A program made the translations under genes and the position numbers. DNA of 64,000 bases, taken from NCBI GenBank assembly GCA_021613535.1, contig CP075493.1, forward strand, positions 12,152,001 to 12,216,000. Direction: 5' to 3'. The notes under the pieces were generated by a model that made no database searches, was not told where the DNA came from, and saw only the letters and a list, made by a program, of their open reading frames with translations. The DNA comes from Adineta vaga. Lineage: Eukaryota; Animalia; Rotifera. Positions 33,240-46,985 of the stretch are shown here, in pieces; position 1 is the first letter of the stretch; each line of letters begins with the position of its first letter.

Positions 33240-35336
33240 ATGTTCAATATACAGCGAACCTTTCATTATATATTAATCACTTGCGTATTAATCTTATGTC
33301 TAACTTACATGACATTAGTAAACAATTACAACGGATATAACCATCTGCAATACCAACATACAAGAAAACACAAGCACATATCGAAAGTTGATTTGAAATC
33401 TTTCCTATTATCAGTTCAAAATTATCCTAACGAGACTGACGATTGCATTTATCATGACAGAGAAAATGGATTGTTTCATCCAACAGTCAAACATCCACGT
33501 TATATTATTACGGGTGGTGCTGGTCTCGTCGGTAGTCATCTAGTCAAACGTTTGCGACAACAATATGAAGCAGATCAAATCAAAGTATTGGATAATTTAT
33601 CACGTGGTCGCCTACACAATTTACAATACAAAGATGGTACATGGGCTATCTCTACTCCTCGTGATTTTTGTCTCGTTGATCTTCGCAACATTCATCTTGC
33701 TTGCAAATATATCACAGGAGCTGATGTAATTTTTCATCTGGCAAATGTTGTTCCTAATGTAAATTTATCTAACTCATCTTACCTCCTAGATAATTTACGT
33801 ATCAATATCAATACATTGTATGCTACTCAAGTCAACAATATATCGAGCATGATCTATGCTCGTAGAAGATCTAGTTTGTCAACGTTTTCGGATAAGTCAG
33901 ACTCATCATATTATTGGTATAAGCGACTGAAAAAATATGAAGATAAACTACTACGATCTCATCATTTCGACATTGGTATAGTGCGTTTTCAAAACGTCTA
34001 TGGTCCTTACAATGATTTTACAGATACGTCCGATCATATTATAGAATCATTAATAAGAAAACTATTGCAATCTGAAAATAATCTTTTTATAATACCAGAA
34101 TTTGGAGAACAAGGTCGAGATTTTATCTATGTTGCTGATGTAGTCGATAGTTTGATGTTAACATATGAACAAGGAATGAATAAAGGACCGATCGATGTGG
34201 CAAGTGGAAGAAGTACATCAACCAAAGAACTTACAGATATCATTAGGAATGTTGCTAAAGCAAAATTAGGAAGAAAAATGAAGGTGATATTCGAATTTTC
34301 ACAAGTAGAGAACAATCAAGAAAAGATTATTGATTTAAGTCATGCAAACAATATTTTGGGATGGAAAGCAAAAGTTAGTTTGAAGGAAGGTATCTCGAAA
34401 ACTATGATTTGGATGAAAGAAAATCAGCATAAACCAAAGATACTTGTGATTATCATTGGTCAGATTCGTGGTGGTATTTTAGCATGGAAATCTCTACATA
34501 AGTTTTTTCTTCGACCATTCGATGCTCATTTAGCCTTCTATATATCAGGGTTTGAGATTAAAACATATTTACACGAAATAGCTCAGTATATTTGGATGGA
34601 ACCAGAATATGATGATTGGGGTATTATGTTCGATATGGTTGCTAAAGCATGTAACAATGAGAAAATTTTAGGAAAATGGAGAAACTATTGTAAACTACCT
34701 GGAATATATATGGGTGGAGTTAAAAATTGTTCACACGATTCACATTCATCGATTTCGTATGTATTTAGATGGTTACTACAACAGAAAATAAAAAAACTTC
34801 AATTACTTGATAAATATGATTGGTTCGTTTTAACAAGAGCTGATGAATTGTATCTTTGTCAACATTATGATTTTACAACAATGATTGAAGACGATGTATT
34901 GTTACCAACTGGTGAGCACTATAAAGGATGGTCTGATCGGCACTTAATTGGAAGATCATCTGTATTTATGAAAATCATCAATATAACAAATGAACTAGTT
35001 TGTAATCCTGATTATTGGTATAGGAAATTCAAAAGAAATGGCCGTGTGTATAACATTGAACAAACTCAAAAATTCATTTGGGCGGATATGAATCTACAAG
35101 TATCAGAATTACCAAGATCAATGTTTATTGTTAGAACACAGGATGATCCAGCATCATGGTCTACAGGTCTATTCCATCCACAATTGAATCATTTTGGTCT
35201 CAAAGTAAAATATCCAATGGAATTGTGGTCATCGCATAGACATTGCAAAATCAACAACATAACGAATGTCTTGAAATCTCTTCGTCATTATCATGGAGAT
35301 ATACTGAACGATGTTATTTCTGATTATGTCGAGTAG
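33240..35336 (+). CDS. Signal-anchored NAD-dependent nucleotide-sugar epimerase/dehydratase fused to a glycosyltransferase-like domain
   Basis: ITGGAGLVGSHL, LDNLSRG, FHLA, YxxxK (YYWYK), RFQNVYGP, RDFIYVADVV and LGWK...L.EG. The C-domain has IIIGQIRG, YDWFVLTRADE and GWSDRH. Intronless. Confidence 0.85.
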   Translation: MFNIQRTFHYILITCVLILCLTYMTLVNNYNGYNHLQYQHTRKHKHISKVDLKSFLLSVQNYPNETDDCIYHDRENGLFHPTVKHPRYIITGGAGLVGSHLVKRLRQQYEADQIKVLDNLSRGRLHNLQYKDGTWAISTPRDFCLVDLRNIHLACKYITGADVIFHLANVVPNVNLSNSSYLLDNLRININTLYATQVNNISSMIYARRRSSLSTFSDKSDSSYYWYKRLKKYEDKLLRSHHFDIGIVRFQNVYGPYNDFTDTSDHIIESLIRKLLQSENNLFIIPEFGEQGRDFIYVADVVDSLMLTYEQGMNKGPIDVASGRSTSTKELTDIIRNVAKAKLGRKMKVIFEFSQVENNQEKIIDLSHANNILGWKAKVSLKEGISKTMIWMKENQHKPKILVIIIGQIRGGILAWKSLHKFFLRPFDAHLAFYISGFEIKTYLHEIAQYIWMEPEYDDWGIMFDMVAKACNNEKILGKWRNYCKLPGIYMGGVKNCSHDSHSSISYVFRWLLQQKIKKLQLLDKYDWFVLTRADELYLCQHYDFTTMIEDDVLLPTGEHYKGWSDRHLIGRSSVFMKIINITNELVCNPDYWYRKFKRNGRVYNIEQTQKFIWADMNLQVSELPRSMFIVRTQDDPASWSTGLFHPQLNHFGLKVKYPMELWSSHRHCKINNITNVLKSLRHYHGDILNDVISDYVE

Positions 35337-36061
35337 CTTTTACTTTTTCACAGCTACGTAATTTATGAATAGGACATACATATAACGAACATTTGTTAGC
35401 TAAAAGTAATTAATAAATACTCCAAGCAAATAGAACATGAATAAATGATAATGAAGCATAATGAATATTTTTTACAAGGAATGTTTGATGATTAAAAGTA
35501 ATTTCTCAACATAACATTCAATAATATGAATGATGGTCTTCAAATAAAGATTTTATACTATTTAACGAATAGATAATAATTAGATTCGATTTTTTTGTGT
35601 ATATAATTATTCTCTTATAGAGTTCAATAGTTCTTTTAAAAAATTAGATGTGACAAAAATATCTTTTCACATTCATATGATATAAAATCCTTTCTTTCTT
35701 ATTCATTATCGAAAATATAACCAAATGCACAATATATGTTAGAAAATTATGCATTTTCTACATTACTTTCGTTTCATATCGAAATACACGTGGAAATCGT
35801 TAATGAAAAGGAAAAAATGCTTATTATCTAATGAATTTTAATCGATAAAAATACATGACAATAATATCGTTTGATATACGATCCAATCATCCAAAACCTG
35901 TATCGCACAAAAAAAGATGAGGTAGAGCAGTCACTGAAGATTGCATATAAGCGTAAAGGACAGGTAAGAAAAGGTACAAGGACAAATATATTTTTTGATC
36001 AATATTTTTTCTATACAGTGTCATATTGTTTCTCACAACATTGTTATCATTGATTTGAAGC

Positions 36062-39000
36062 ATGTCGATGGAAGTTTTAGAAATATCAGATGAAATTGTA
36101 TCTATTGAATTAGATGTTCCAGAACCATTAGAACAAACTTTAGTTGAAACAGAAATCAAATCAAAAGATACACCGTACTGTGTAATTCTTGTCACAAGTA
36201 TTATACTTACAATTATTACGATGATTATTGCTATTGTAATTGTTTGTTTAAATTCACCAAAGCCTCGTAAGTTTATTTTATTTTAACAATATTCATATTT
36301 GTATATTTCAATGTTCTATTTAAGGTCATACTTGTCGATCAAGTTTCAAAACTATTACTGATGCAAGTTCATCATCACACGATTCACATCCAAGTTCAAT
36401 TGTTGCTGGTGATTTAAATCATGATGATATATTAGATGTTGTGGTTGTTAATTCCGGTACGAATTCGATTGGAGTATTTCTTAATTTTGGTAATGGCACA
36501 TTTCTATCACAAACGGTTTGGCCAACAGGAGATCCATCGACACCATTAGCAATTGTTCTCGGCGATTTCAATGGTGATACACATGTAGATATGGCTGTTG
36601 CTAATTATGATACACATATGATTAAAATATTTTTTGGATGGGGAAATGGTTCATTTGGTGATCAAATGGCATTTTCAACAGGCATTTCTCGTCCAATAGC
36701 ATTAACAACTGCTGATTTAAATAAAGATGGAAGATTAGATCTTGTTGTTGCTAATAATGGGACTCACGATATAAGTCTATTTTTTGGTACTGGAAATTAT
36801 TCATTTAGCAATCCAATTATTTATTCTACTGGTTATGATTCATTACCATATTTTATTGCTATTAGTGATTTAAATAAAGATTATAATCAAGATATTATTG
36901 TAGCTAATTATGGTACACATAATATTGGTGTATTTTTCGGTTATGGGAATGGTAGTTTCACATCACAAAAAACTTATTCGACGGGTCTATATTCACATCC
37001 ATATTCCATAACCATTAATGATTTTAATAGTGATGAACATTTAGATATTGCCGTAGCAAATTCGGGTACAAATAATATCGGTATATTTCTTGGTTTCGGC
37101 AACGATACATTTACACTACAAACAATCTATACAACTTATCCTGGATTACGTCCACAATCAATTATTGCGGGTGATTTCAATCAAGATAATAATTTAGATA
37201 TTGCTGTTGCAAATTATCAAACAAATAATATAAGTATCTTGATTGGAACAGGAAATGGTAGTTTTCTTTCACCTGTTATGCATTCAACTGGGATTGATTC
37301 CATTCCATCCGATATAACTGTTGGAGACTTTAATCTTGACAATCAATCGGATATTATTGTTGCAAATTATGGTACAAATAGTATCTTAGTACTTGTTGGA
37401 TATGTTATGACACAAGCACAAATTCCTACCGTCTATTCAGCTGGTGATGGTGCAATTCCTTATCAGATAAGTACTGGAGATCTTAATAATGATACATATC
37501 TCGATCTTATCGTTGTTAATTCTGGCAGTGGTAGCATTGGTGTATTTATTGGAATTGGTAATGGAAGTTTTCATGAACAAATATCTTATCCATCTGTGAA
37601 TCAATCGGATGTCCGTGCGCTTGTCCTCATTGATTTAGATCATGATGAACGATTAGATGTTATTCTTGCTCATTTTAATGATGAAACCTTGGGTATAATG
37701 TATGGTTATGGCAATGGGTCTTTTACCCGTGTCGTTACACTTTTCGTTGGTAGTCCAGCATCACCACGATGGATAACTGTCAACGATTTCAATAATGATC
37801 ATCATCCTGATATTGTCTATACTGATCAAATTACTGGTAATTTCGGTATTTTCCTAGGTTTTGGAAATCGAACATTTGGACCTTTAATGAGACATCTCTT
37901 TGGATCTCAATCACAATTGATTGGTGTTGATTCCGGTGATTTTAATCATGATGGTAATTTAGATCTTGCTATTGCTGATTATGGTATTGGTAATATTGGT
38001 GTTTTTCTTGGTTTTGGTAATGGTAGTTTTATATTAGCTAGTCTTTCAGCTACCGGAGATAAATCACACGTATCGGCTGTAACTATTGCTGATTTAAATT
38101 ATGATACTCATCTGGATTTTGTCGTTGGTAATTCTGCGACGTAATATTGGTGTCTTCTTTGGTTTTGGAAATGGTAGTTTTACTAAACAACAATCCTATT
38201 CAACAGGTTTAAGTTCTGGTTCAATTTGGATTAGTATTGCTGACTTGAATAATGATGGTTCAGTCGATCTAGCTGTTGCTAATCCTTTTACGAATAATGT
38301 TGGAATATTTCTTGGGGATCATCAAGGAAATTTTACAAATCAATCAACTTATTCGACGGGTCCTGATTCTAAACCATATTCAATTGCTGTTGGTGATTAT
38401 AATCGAGATGGTCGATTAGATATTGCTGTAGCTAATTTTGGAATAAATCAGGTAGCTGTATTACTTGGACATCCAACACAAGCATCTCGTCAAAATCAAA
38501 CAACAAATATTACACCAATTTTGTTAGGAGATTACTATACAAATTTTCGAATAGAAACAAATTATCCAACAGGTTCAAGTCCTCGTCCATATTCACTTGT
38601 AACTGGTGATTTAAATAATGATACACAAATAGATATTATTGTTGCTAATTCAGGAGATGAAAATCTCGGTATTATCCTTGGCTATAATAATGGTAATTTC
38701 GCTTCGGAAATCCGTTATCCCATCGGTATTAGTTCAAATCCAACACAGATTATTATTAACGATTTTAATAGAGATAATCACTTGGATGCTGCTGTCACTG
38801 ATAGTAATGATAATAGTGTGATAGTATTGTTAGGAAATGGTAATGGGACATTTCCAACAAAATTAACATATTTACTTGATTATGAATCAAATCCAAGTGC
38901 ACTTGCTGTTGATTATATGAATGATGATGTATATTTAGATTTGATCGTTACTAATGAAAATAAAGGTACAGTGGGTGTATTCTTTGGACTGGAATATACA

Positions 39001-40695
39001 TTTTTCCAACGTCAAATACCATGTGATGCCGGTAAAGATACTAGTCCGAATGGATTAGCCATCGGTGATTTTAATAATGATGGTAATTTAGATTTAACCG
39101 TTTCATTGTATTATGCTGGAAAAGTTGGCGTCTTTCTTGGAAATGGCAATGGTTCCTTTGCACCAATTAGTACCTATTCCGAATTACTCTATTCACAACC
39201 TCGTGCTATTACCGTTGGCGATGTTAATCAAGATGGTAAATTGGATATTATTGAAATAAAACGTGGTATCAATAGTATTTCGATTTTATTAGGCTACGGA
39301 AATGGAAGTTTTGCCAGTCCTCTTCTGTATTCTTCCGGTGTTGATACACGTCCACGTTCGATTGCTGTTGGCGATTTTAATCAAGATGGTTGTCTCGATA
39401 TTACCGTGGCAAATTATGGTACAAATAATGCTGGTGTCTTTTTTGGACATTGCAATGGTTCGTATGATCCTGTATTGCAATTAGATACTGGCAAGAGTTC
39501 ACGTCCTAATTCAGTCACTATTTTCGATGTTAATAAAGATACTTATCCAGATATAATCGTTGCTAATAGAGCTGTCGACCAAGTTGGAATATTTTTTAGC
39601 AATAGTAACAAAAGTTTTTCCAATCAAATGATTTTATCGACTGGTACGGCATCGTCACCTGTTTATGCTATCGCTCGAGATTTCGATAACGATGGGAAAG
39701 TAGATCTTGCTGTTGGAAACTATGGTACGAATACTCTTGTAATATTCTATGGTTACCATAATGGTACTTTCGGTGATACTCGTACATTTTCAACTGGAAC
39801 TAATATACATCCAGAACAATTAGAAGTCGGCGATTTTAATAATGATAATCAATTGGATATTATTACAATTGATGCTAATAGTTTATATATAGGTATCTTT
39901 TTTGGTTATACAGATGGAACATTTGCTAGTATATCATTAATTCTTGTCGAACAAATTGGAGCTATTCCTGGTTTTATCGCTCTTGGCGATTTCAATAACG
40001 ATAAACATTTAGATATCGGTCTAGCTGAATACGGTAATAATTATGTACAAATTTATCTTGCTAATGGTACAAAACCTTTCACTGGACAAACAACATCTTA
40101 TAGTGTTGGTCGAAATTCTTTTCCATGTGCATTAGCTATTGCTGATTTCGATAATGACACTCATTTAGATATTGCTACTGCAAATTATGGTTCACATAGT
40201 ATTGGCATATTACTTGGACATGGAAAACGATTATTTTCAAATGTAACACTCTATTCTACAGGTAGTAATTCTTATCCAGTGGCATTAGTTGCTAGTGATT
40301 TCAATAATGATTCTATCATTGATATTATTGTTGCTAATCCAATGACCGATAATATTATGATATTTATTGGTCTCGGTAATGGAAAATTCTCATTTTTAAT
40401 TAGTTACTCAATGGGTGATAATTCTAAACCAGTATCAATTGCAATCGGTGATTTTAATCGTGATTCGAAGAAAGATCTTGCACTAGCCAATTATGGTACG
40501 AATAATGTCGGTATACTTTTTGGTACAGACAATGGAACGTTTATCAATCAAACATGGCATCCTTTAGGTTATAACTCTCGACCAAATTGCGTTGTTTTCA
40601 AAGATTTAAATAATGATGGTTGGGAAGATATTGCTGTAGCAACGTATGAAGAAGGACTTATTAAAATTCTTTTAAATCTTTGTCCAAAAATGTAG
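36062..40695 (+). CDS. Type II membrane FG-GAP/VCBS repeat protein (~25 repeats), intron 36267-36324, frameshift near 38140
   Basis: N-terminal TM (VILVTSIILTIITMIIAIVIVCL) followed by many GDFNxDxxxDIxVAN...GNGSF repeats. The repeat register continues across the two ORFs at GNSAT/NIGVFFG. Confidence 0.88.
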
Positions 40696-41837
40696 TAAAC
40701 CGGTTTACATTCTCTTTACTTTGTATATAAAATTTAGTAAAACTTTTGTGTATTTTTTTCGATTTTTGATTACATATATCTATTGTTTCAGTGAATTGAA
40801 ACAAATAAACTTTTATCAATTACATCATTGTTTGCACTTCATATTATCTTTTTTGTTTTTGATTCACGTCTATCGAAATCGGTATCTAGGTAAATAACAA
40901 ATGATTGATTCTATAGCATTTCAGTATTGCGTATTTTGTTTATTGACATTTATCGATTTCTTATCTCATGCTAATAATTATAAATATTTCAATGTATCCG
41001 AGATATTTACACAGTTGAATTGGTCGAAGAGTCTATTAACGTTTGAAAAATTTGTATATATTCATACCGTTATCAAGGACACATATCAATAATATACAAG
41101 AAAAGATAAGCACGTACATAAATACACAACATATTCTTTCATATATTCATCATTACCATTGAGAAAAATTACAAGATGAATGTTAGTAACCACATTTCAA
41201 CAATAATTTTTTTTTACATATCATTGATACATCTTGTGTGATTGATGCTTGGCACCATTTGTTTCTTTCACAGAGACTATTTATGCATCAAGCGTTATCC
41301 TTCTTTTTGTCATCACTTTTACTTTCTTTCTCCTTACTTTTTTTCCTTCTTCCAGTGCGTATCGTCTATCCCGCATGTTTTTTTCTTTTTCTTTCGTCCG
41401 ATAATCTTTTTCTTCTGTCTTATGTTTGGAAAACATGGATAGAACAAAAATAGATCTATTGCATCAAAACATAGAATTGTATATGGATTACGATTAGGAA
41501 GTTGTATATAGATATGTATTTGTGAACTGATTCAAATAAACGAGGAGAAATAAGAAAGATCGATATAGATTTTTTTCTCTCTTTTTTTTATTGTAGTAAG
41601 ATATATCGATGACGTATGATAAGTCATAATTCACTCAGTGCACATGATTTTTTATCGCTCTTTACAATGTATGAATAATCAAATATCTGTATTTTTGTTG
41701 CTATTTTTATAGACAATTAATTTTAAATAACACTTCATGTGCTCTATATAAACGACGCAATTCTGATCGGATTGAAACAAAACAACTCAAAAGTATATTT
41801 TTTCATTATTATTATTATTTACTTGCATCTATTCGTT

Positions 41838-42614
41838 ATGGAATCTCCAATTCTTCGAACGGATATTAAACTTACCAACCGTAGTGATGATTGTGCAAAT
41901 ATGCGACAACGATTGGATAACGAAAAATTGAATGATAATGAAGTCGATAAACTGTATGATATTGTTCAAGTAACGGATGGTCTTTTTAATCAAAATGGAA
42001 TTCGATATACCATTGAAGGTGGTACTTTATTAGGTGCTGTTCGACATGGTGGTCTTATTAAACATGATAATGATGCTGATTTCGATATTCTTCAAGATGA
42101 TATACCAAAAATCAAAGCATTAAGTAATCAATTTGCTGAATATGGCCTGGAAATAATTGATGTGCCAGGATGGGGTTTGCAAATTGCTCATGAAAATAGT
42201 CCAGGTTTAGCACCTGATCTATGGACAGATGGAGTTCATCAATGGACTAGTAAATGGCCATTTCTCGATCTTATTGCTATTCGTTGGGATGATACTCAAC
42301 AACGTTACATCCTTGCACAAGATGTTGCTTATCATGATTATCCAGCATATTATTTAACACGAGCAGACTGGGAAAATCCTTTTGAACGTGTACCATTTGC
42401 TCATCTACAATTATGGGCTATTGGTGGTGATAGAAACCGACGAGCATATCTAGATCGTCACTATAAAGATTGGAATTGTATCATCGAAATGAATATGGAT
42501 CATCGTTCAAATCATTATTTTGAAACAGAAATTATCTGTCCATTATCGAAAGAAGATCTTGGTTATCGATCAAGAAGTAATAAACCAACAACGTTGAAAA
42601 AAATATGGTCATAA
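41838..42614 (+). CDS. LicD/fukutin-family phosphotransferase (nucleotidyltransferase fold), intronless
   Basis: GGTLLGAVRHGGLIKHDNDAD, FLDL and YLDRHY.DW motifs. Confidence 0.9.
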   Translation: MESPILRTDIKLTNRSDDCANMRQRLDNEKLNDNEVDKLYDIVQVTDGLFNQNGIRYTIEGGTLLGAVRHGGLIKHDNDADFDILQDDIPKIKALSNQFAEYGLEIIDVPGWGLQIAHENSPGLAPDLWTDGVHQWTSKWPFLDLIAIRWDDTQQRYILAQDVAYHDYPAYYLTRADWENPFERVPFAHLQLWAIGGDRNRRAYLDRHYKDWNCIIEMNMDHRSNHYFETEIICPLSKEDLGYRSRSNKPTTLKKIWS

Positions 42615-42924
42615 TATAGACTCAATGACTATATATAAGATTTCTCTGTACATTCTATATTTTATAGATGGCGTCAGTCTCACTTTTGTGAATATATAGA
42701 TACCAATTTTGATTATACACAATAAAACAAATATTTTTATTAAATCCAGCAAAAGAATAAAATTTAAAGTTTTTCCATTTATCTTATTTTTTTGACAAGA
42801 CATATTTTCGATTGGCTGCTATTATATCCTATGTTTATACTATACTATAGAATAAGTAGTAGTAGTAGTTAGTATCTATATTCTGTTATTTTCTTTTTGT
42901 GTCAGATTGTTCTGAGAAAGAAGT

Positions 42925-43716
42925 ATGCCTTCTCCTCATGATTTATCCTTATTAAGTTGGAATATTTTAGCTCCATGTTGGGTACCACGTGAATGGTATC
43001 CTTCTATGTATGATTTAGCTGCTGATGATAAAACTCGTTTACCATTGATTATTGAACATATTCGTTCATTGAATCATGATATTGTACTGCTTCAGGAAGC
43101 CCAAGAAGATCGATTAGATTTATTCAAAGAAAGATTAGGTGATATTTATCTATTTGAATTTATATCGAATAATCCAACAGCGAGTGATAAACCCAATGGA
43201 CTTTTAACTTTAATTCGAAAAGCTTATTCATATGCATCTGAAATTAAAGTGATTAGTGGAATACTTGATTTAGAACGAGGTGATGCTATTCAACTGATAA
43301 CTATTCCATCAAAAAATCTTCTCTTATTGAATCTCCATCTTGATTATCATTATCGAGCAGAACAATCGAAAATGATTCGAAATCGATGTACTACTTTACT
43401 TGGTAATGAACAATCGATAACTCTCATGGCCGGTGATTTAAATGCTGAAATTAAAGATCATTATGAATTTGAATGGATTGATTATGAGAATGTTATTCAT
43501 GAAACATCAAAATATGCACATGTGCCTACTTATTATTCTGATCCTAAATATATTTGGCCAAATATGGATATTGATCATATTGTCTATGATTCAAAACGAC
43601 TTGAAGCAATTGAACATGGAAAAGCATGGGATACATCAGATCATACACTTGAACAATCATTAAAAACATTTGGTAGTGATCATATTTATATTTGGGCAAC
43701 ATTTCGTTTTCGTTAA
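42925..43716 (+). CDS. Endonuclease/exonuclease/phosphatase (EEP) protein, intronless
   Basis: SWNIL, LLQEA, NLHL, AGDLN, IDHI and GSDH motifs. Confidence 0.92.
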   Translation: MPSPHDLSLLSWNILAPCWVPREWYPSMYDLAADDKTRLPLIIEHIRSLNHDIVLLQEAQEDRLDLFKERLGDIYLFEFISNNPTASDKPNGLLTLIRKAYSYASEIKVISGILDLERGDAIQLITIPSKNLLLLNLHLDYHYRAEQSKMIRNRCTTLLGNEQSITLMAGDLNAEIKDHYEFEWIDYENVIHETSKYAHVPTYYSDPKYIWPNMDIDHIVYDSKRLEAIEHGKAWDTSDHTLEQSLKTFGSDHIYIWATFRFR

Positions 43717-44021
43717 AATAGCATTTTATCATCCGCATTTTTTACTTGTTCATAACAAGAAATAAAATCTCTCGAATAAACTTATTTTATATTAAAATAG
43801 ATGTTTAACATTATACTTTTAATTTCATCTTTACATCGATAAAATATAGCATATGTTTTGTAATATCTTATCTCTTTACATAAGGCCTATACAGCATGCC
43901 TCAACACTGCTGAGAGAATGTATGTATCGGATGCGTTTGAATGTGAATAGCATTTCTATTTCTTGTTCGTATATGTTACAATCTGAAAAAAAACGTTACG
44001 ATATTATTTATGGAATTTTCG

Positions 44022-45093
44022 TCAGTTTGTTGGATTGATGGTTGTACGCGTTATAGGTAGAATTCTTCTCAAATTAATACGTCGAGTCCAAGTAGAAAGA
44101 TATCGACGAAGTTCTTTCTTTAATTCTGGTATTGCCATCGTGATTGTCAAAGGCGAAAATAGGACAGCAAGATAAATGAATCCAATTAACATCCATTTAG
44201 AAAAGAGCTCATGTAAGGGTGGTGTTGAATTTAAATTATTGATCACTGATGCAATACTTGAAGGCATCCAGGATATATATAAAATTCCAACGAGAGAGAA
44301 AAGTTGTAAAACCATTTTCTTATTTTTATTCCAACTATTTCGTCGAATCATTCGTTGTTTTAAATAAAGAACTCGTACAACAAGAATAATATTGGACATA
44401 ATCATAACAATCAATGGTGTAACAATAGCAAACATCCATGTAAATGTTCCCATAAATGGTTGTAACAAATAACATGCACTTCCACAAGCCCATGAATAAT
44501 AATCAAACTGATTTTGACATGGATAGAAAAGCACGCCATAACTCACATATACAATGGGAATTAGCAATAAAGCGATCATTGGCAAATAATGCAGTATGAT
44601 TTTATATCTAAATATATACAAAAATAGAACATTCGAAAAATAGTTTCGATAGAAATTTACTTGAATAGAAAATGACTATAAAAGATAAGTAGATAGCGTT
44701 CAATTGACAAATAAGCATTTAAATGAACAGAAGCCATGTTGAAAACCGAGGTTAAAATAAACCAATACGTACAAAATTGATACGAGAGTACTGGAACTTG
44801 ACCGTGATAGAAATAGATGATGGCAAATGGTAGGTCACATGTAATCTAAAACAATCGTTTTCTTAGAAGGAAGTTCATTCTTGATATATAAGAAATATTA
44901 CCTGTAGAAAATATACAAGAAAAATACAAAGAAAGAATTGATTATGCAATCGTCTTCGTATTGTTTTCTTTTTCACGATTAAATAAAGAATAAAAGTTGA
45001 ACAGATAATCGATGGAAATATTAGAATAATTAAACCAGCGAATGTAAGTTTTCGACTAAGTTCAACGTTGAGCATTGTTTCATTGCCAGACAT
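44022..45093 (-). CDS. Orphan 7TM GPCR-like (rhodopsin-like) receptor, 3 exons
   Basis: Successive hydrophobic helices, IERY in TM3, an ECL2 C...CG..CY motif and W.P in TM6. GT-AG introns near 44901 and 44660. Confidence 0.75.
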
Positions 45094-46985
45094 TATTCTT
45101 TCTTTATAATTATCTAAAATCAAAGTTTTTTCTCATATATAGTTTTATCTCAAGTCCGCAAAATATCGACTCTTAAAATGAATGACGAAGAACGTTTTTA
45201 GAATACTGATATCTTTCTTTTTAATGACACTTAATTAATTGAAACTAATTCGAAAGCACTGAAAATGTTTGTGATAGTCCTTATTATTTCCTGTATGTTG
45301 TAATGGGTTAGATTAAGAGATAGTTCATGATGATAAATATATAGCACACTAAATGACGTATATTTGTTTTACTTCTTAACTTTTATTTTGATCTAGCTAT
45401 TATACTTGATGGGTTGATCATGAAAGAAATAGCTGAATCACACGTGTATTATTTTAGTTTTTACTGAAAGATATATTTATAGGTCAGACAGTAACATGTA
45501 AAGCATTAGTATATAGACGCTCGTTATACACTGCAAATTTCAAAATACATCTCTTCATTATTAGAAACGTATAATTTACTATTGTTCAAACCATAAATAT
45601 GATTTGGTAACAATATATTTATCATCCAAACTATTTTCTATCAGAGAGAGTGTTTGATGAACAAGTTAGAGATGCACTAAAATGACTGTTTCTTCAATAA
45701 TTATTCTTAAAGAACGTCTTTTCACAGGAAAAAGGAAAACTAAGAACACTTTACTTATGCTTAATCTTTTCTCACAATGAGGTCCATATAAAAGCATTTT
45801 TTTTAAATAATAATAATATCTGTGTACTTATGTGATCTATTCTTTATTTACTTCATGACAAAGTGTCTTAATGAATAAGAACAAAAAGATATATTATCTA
45901 AATACCTTTTCAATATGTTATAATACAGAAATTCTATAGAATATAGACAAAAGAAAGTCGATTTCATTTGCAAATTGAAAATAATTCTCCGTGTTAGAAC
46001 AACACTCATGAAATTCTATATCAACATTATTTACATTACTAATGAATGCTTTCCAAGACTCTCTAAAAACTAGTATTGAACCTTCATTTCTACTTATTGA
46101 TCTTTTAGGAATCATATTGGTTACCATTTCATCTCTATTGCTTTTTGTCTATACGAATAAAAAACATTTTCATCTTATTGTTGTGTTGATAATAATTTCG
46201 ATTTAAAAAAAAAAGAACTCATTCCTATCACATATATATATTATAACAAACACAATAATAGATAGATACTTGGTTTTTGCTACTGCATTAAGGATAGTTA
46301 TGAATCATCAAACAATAAAGTTACGAAAAATTGTTTCATCTAAAATTTTCATATAAATAGGAGACACAATCGTAATTGAAAAATAAAGAATATTTTTATT
46401 TACAATCCTATTTCAATGTTTTCATCATCTTCATTTATTTTACTCGAAAATAATACAAGATCAAAAGAGGGCTGGACCATATATCTTGAAAAAGAGAGGA
46501 ACTGTTCTACTTCCAGCAGAAACGCTTTATCCCCACAAAGTCAAGGAGAAGTCTAAAAGACTTAGAGAGAAATAGGAAGAAAGAAAGAAAGAATTTAAAT
46601 CGACGTAGAAGAATAGTGAATACAACGTATATGTTTATTTTTTCTCTTTTCATTTCTCCTTGTTATATATAACTTTATGTGTTAAGGATAGAAATAAGAG
46701 GTTAGACATTATTACTAGGCTAAGCGAACTGGATGGACTGATTTTTATCACAGTGGAACCATTTTCGAAAGAATAAGAAAAAAGTGTGAGAAAGAAACAT
46801 GTTTTACTAGACCCTTAAAAGGTTTAGTATAACACTTTTTTCTCTAGAGACTAGTACTGTCGTACTAAACTAAATGTCGGATGACCAAATCGAAGATTGT
46901 GATTAATTGATTGACAAAACAGATTTACTTAATTCAAAAATTCAGTTTACAGATTTACTACAGACAACAAAAAGTATCTATTAAC

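Noticed and set aside
35855-36060. Possible upstream exon of the FG-GAP gene (good GTAAGA donor near 35964)
   Set aside because: It could not be joined in frame without stops; it may be a 5' UTR exon.
45918-46127. Short ORF, plus other short AT-rich ORFs such as 48180-48434 and 49601-49942
   Set aside because: No motifs or splice support; ORFs of this size are expected by chance.
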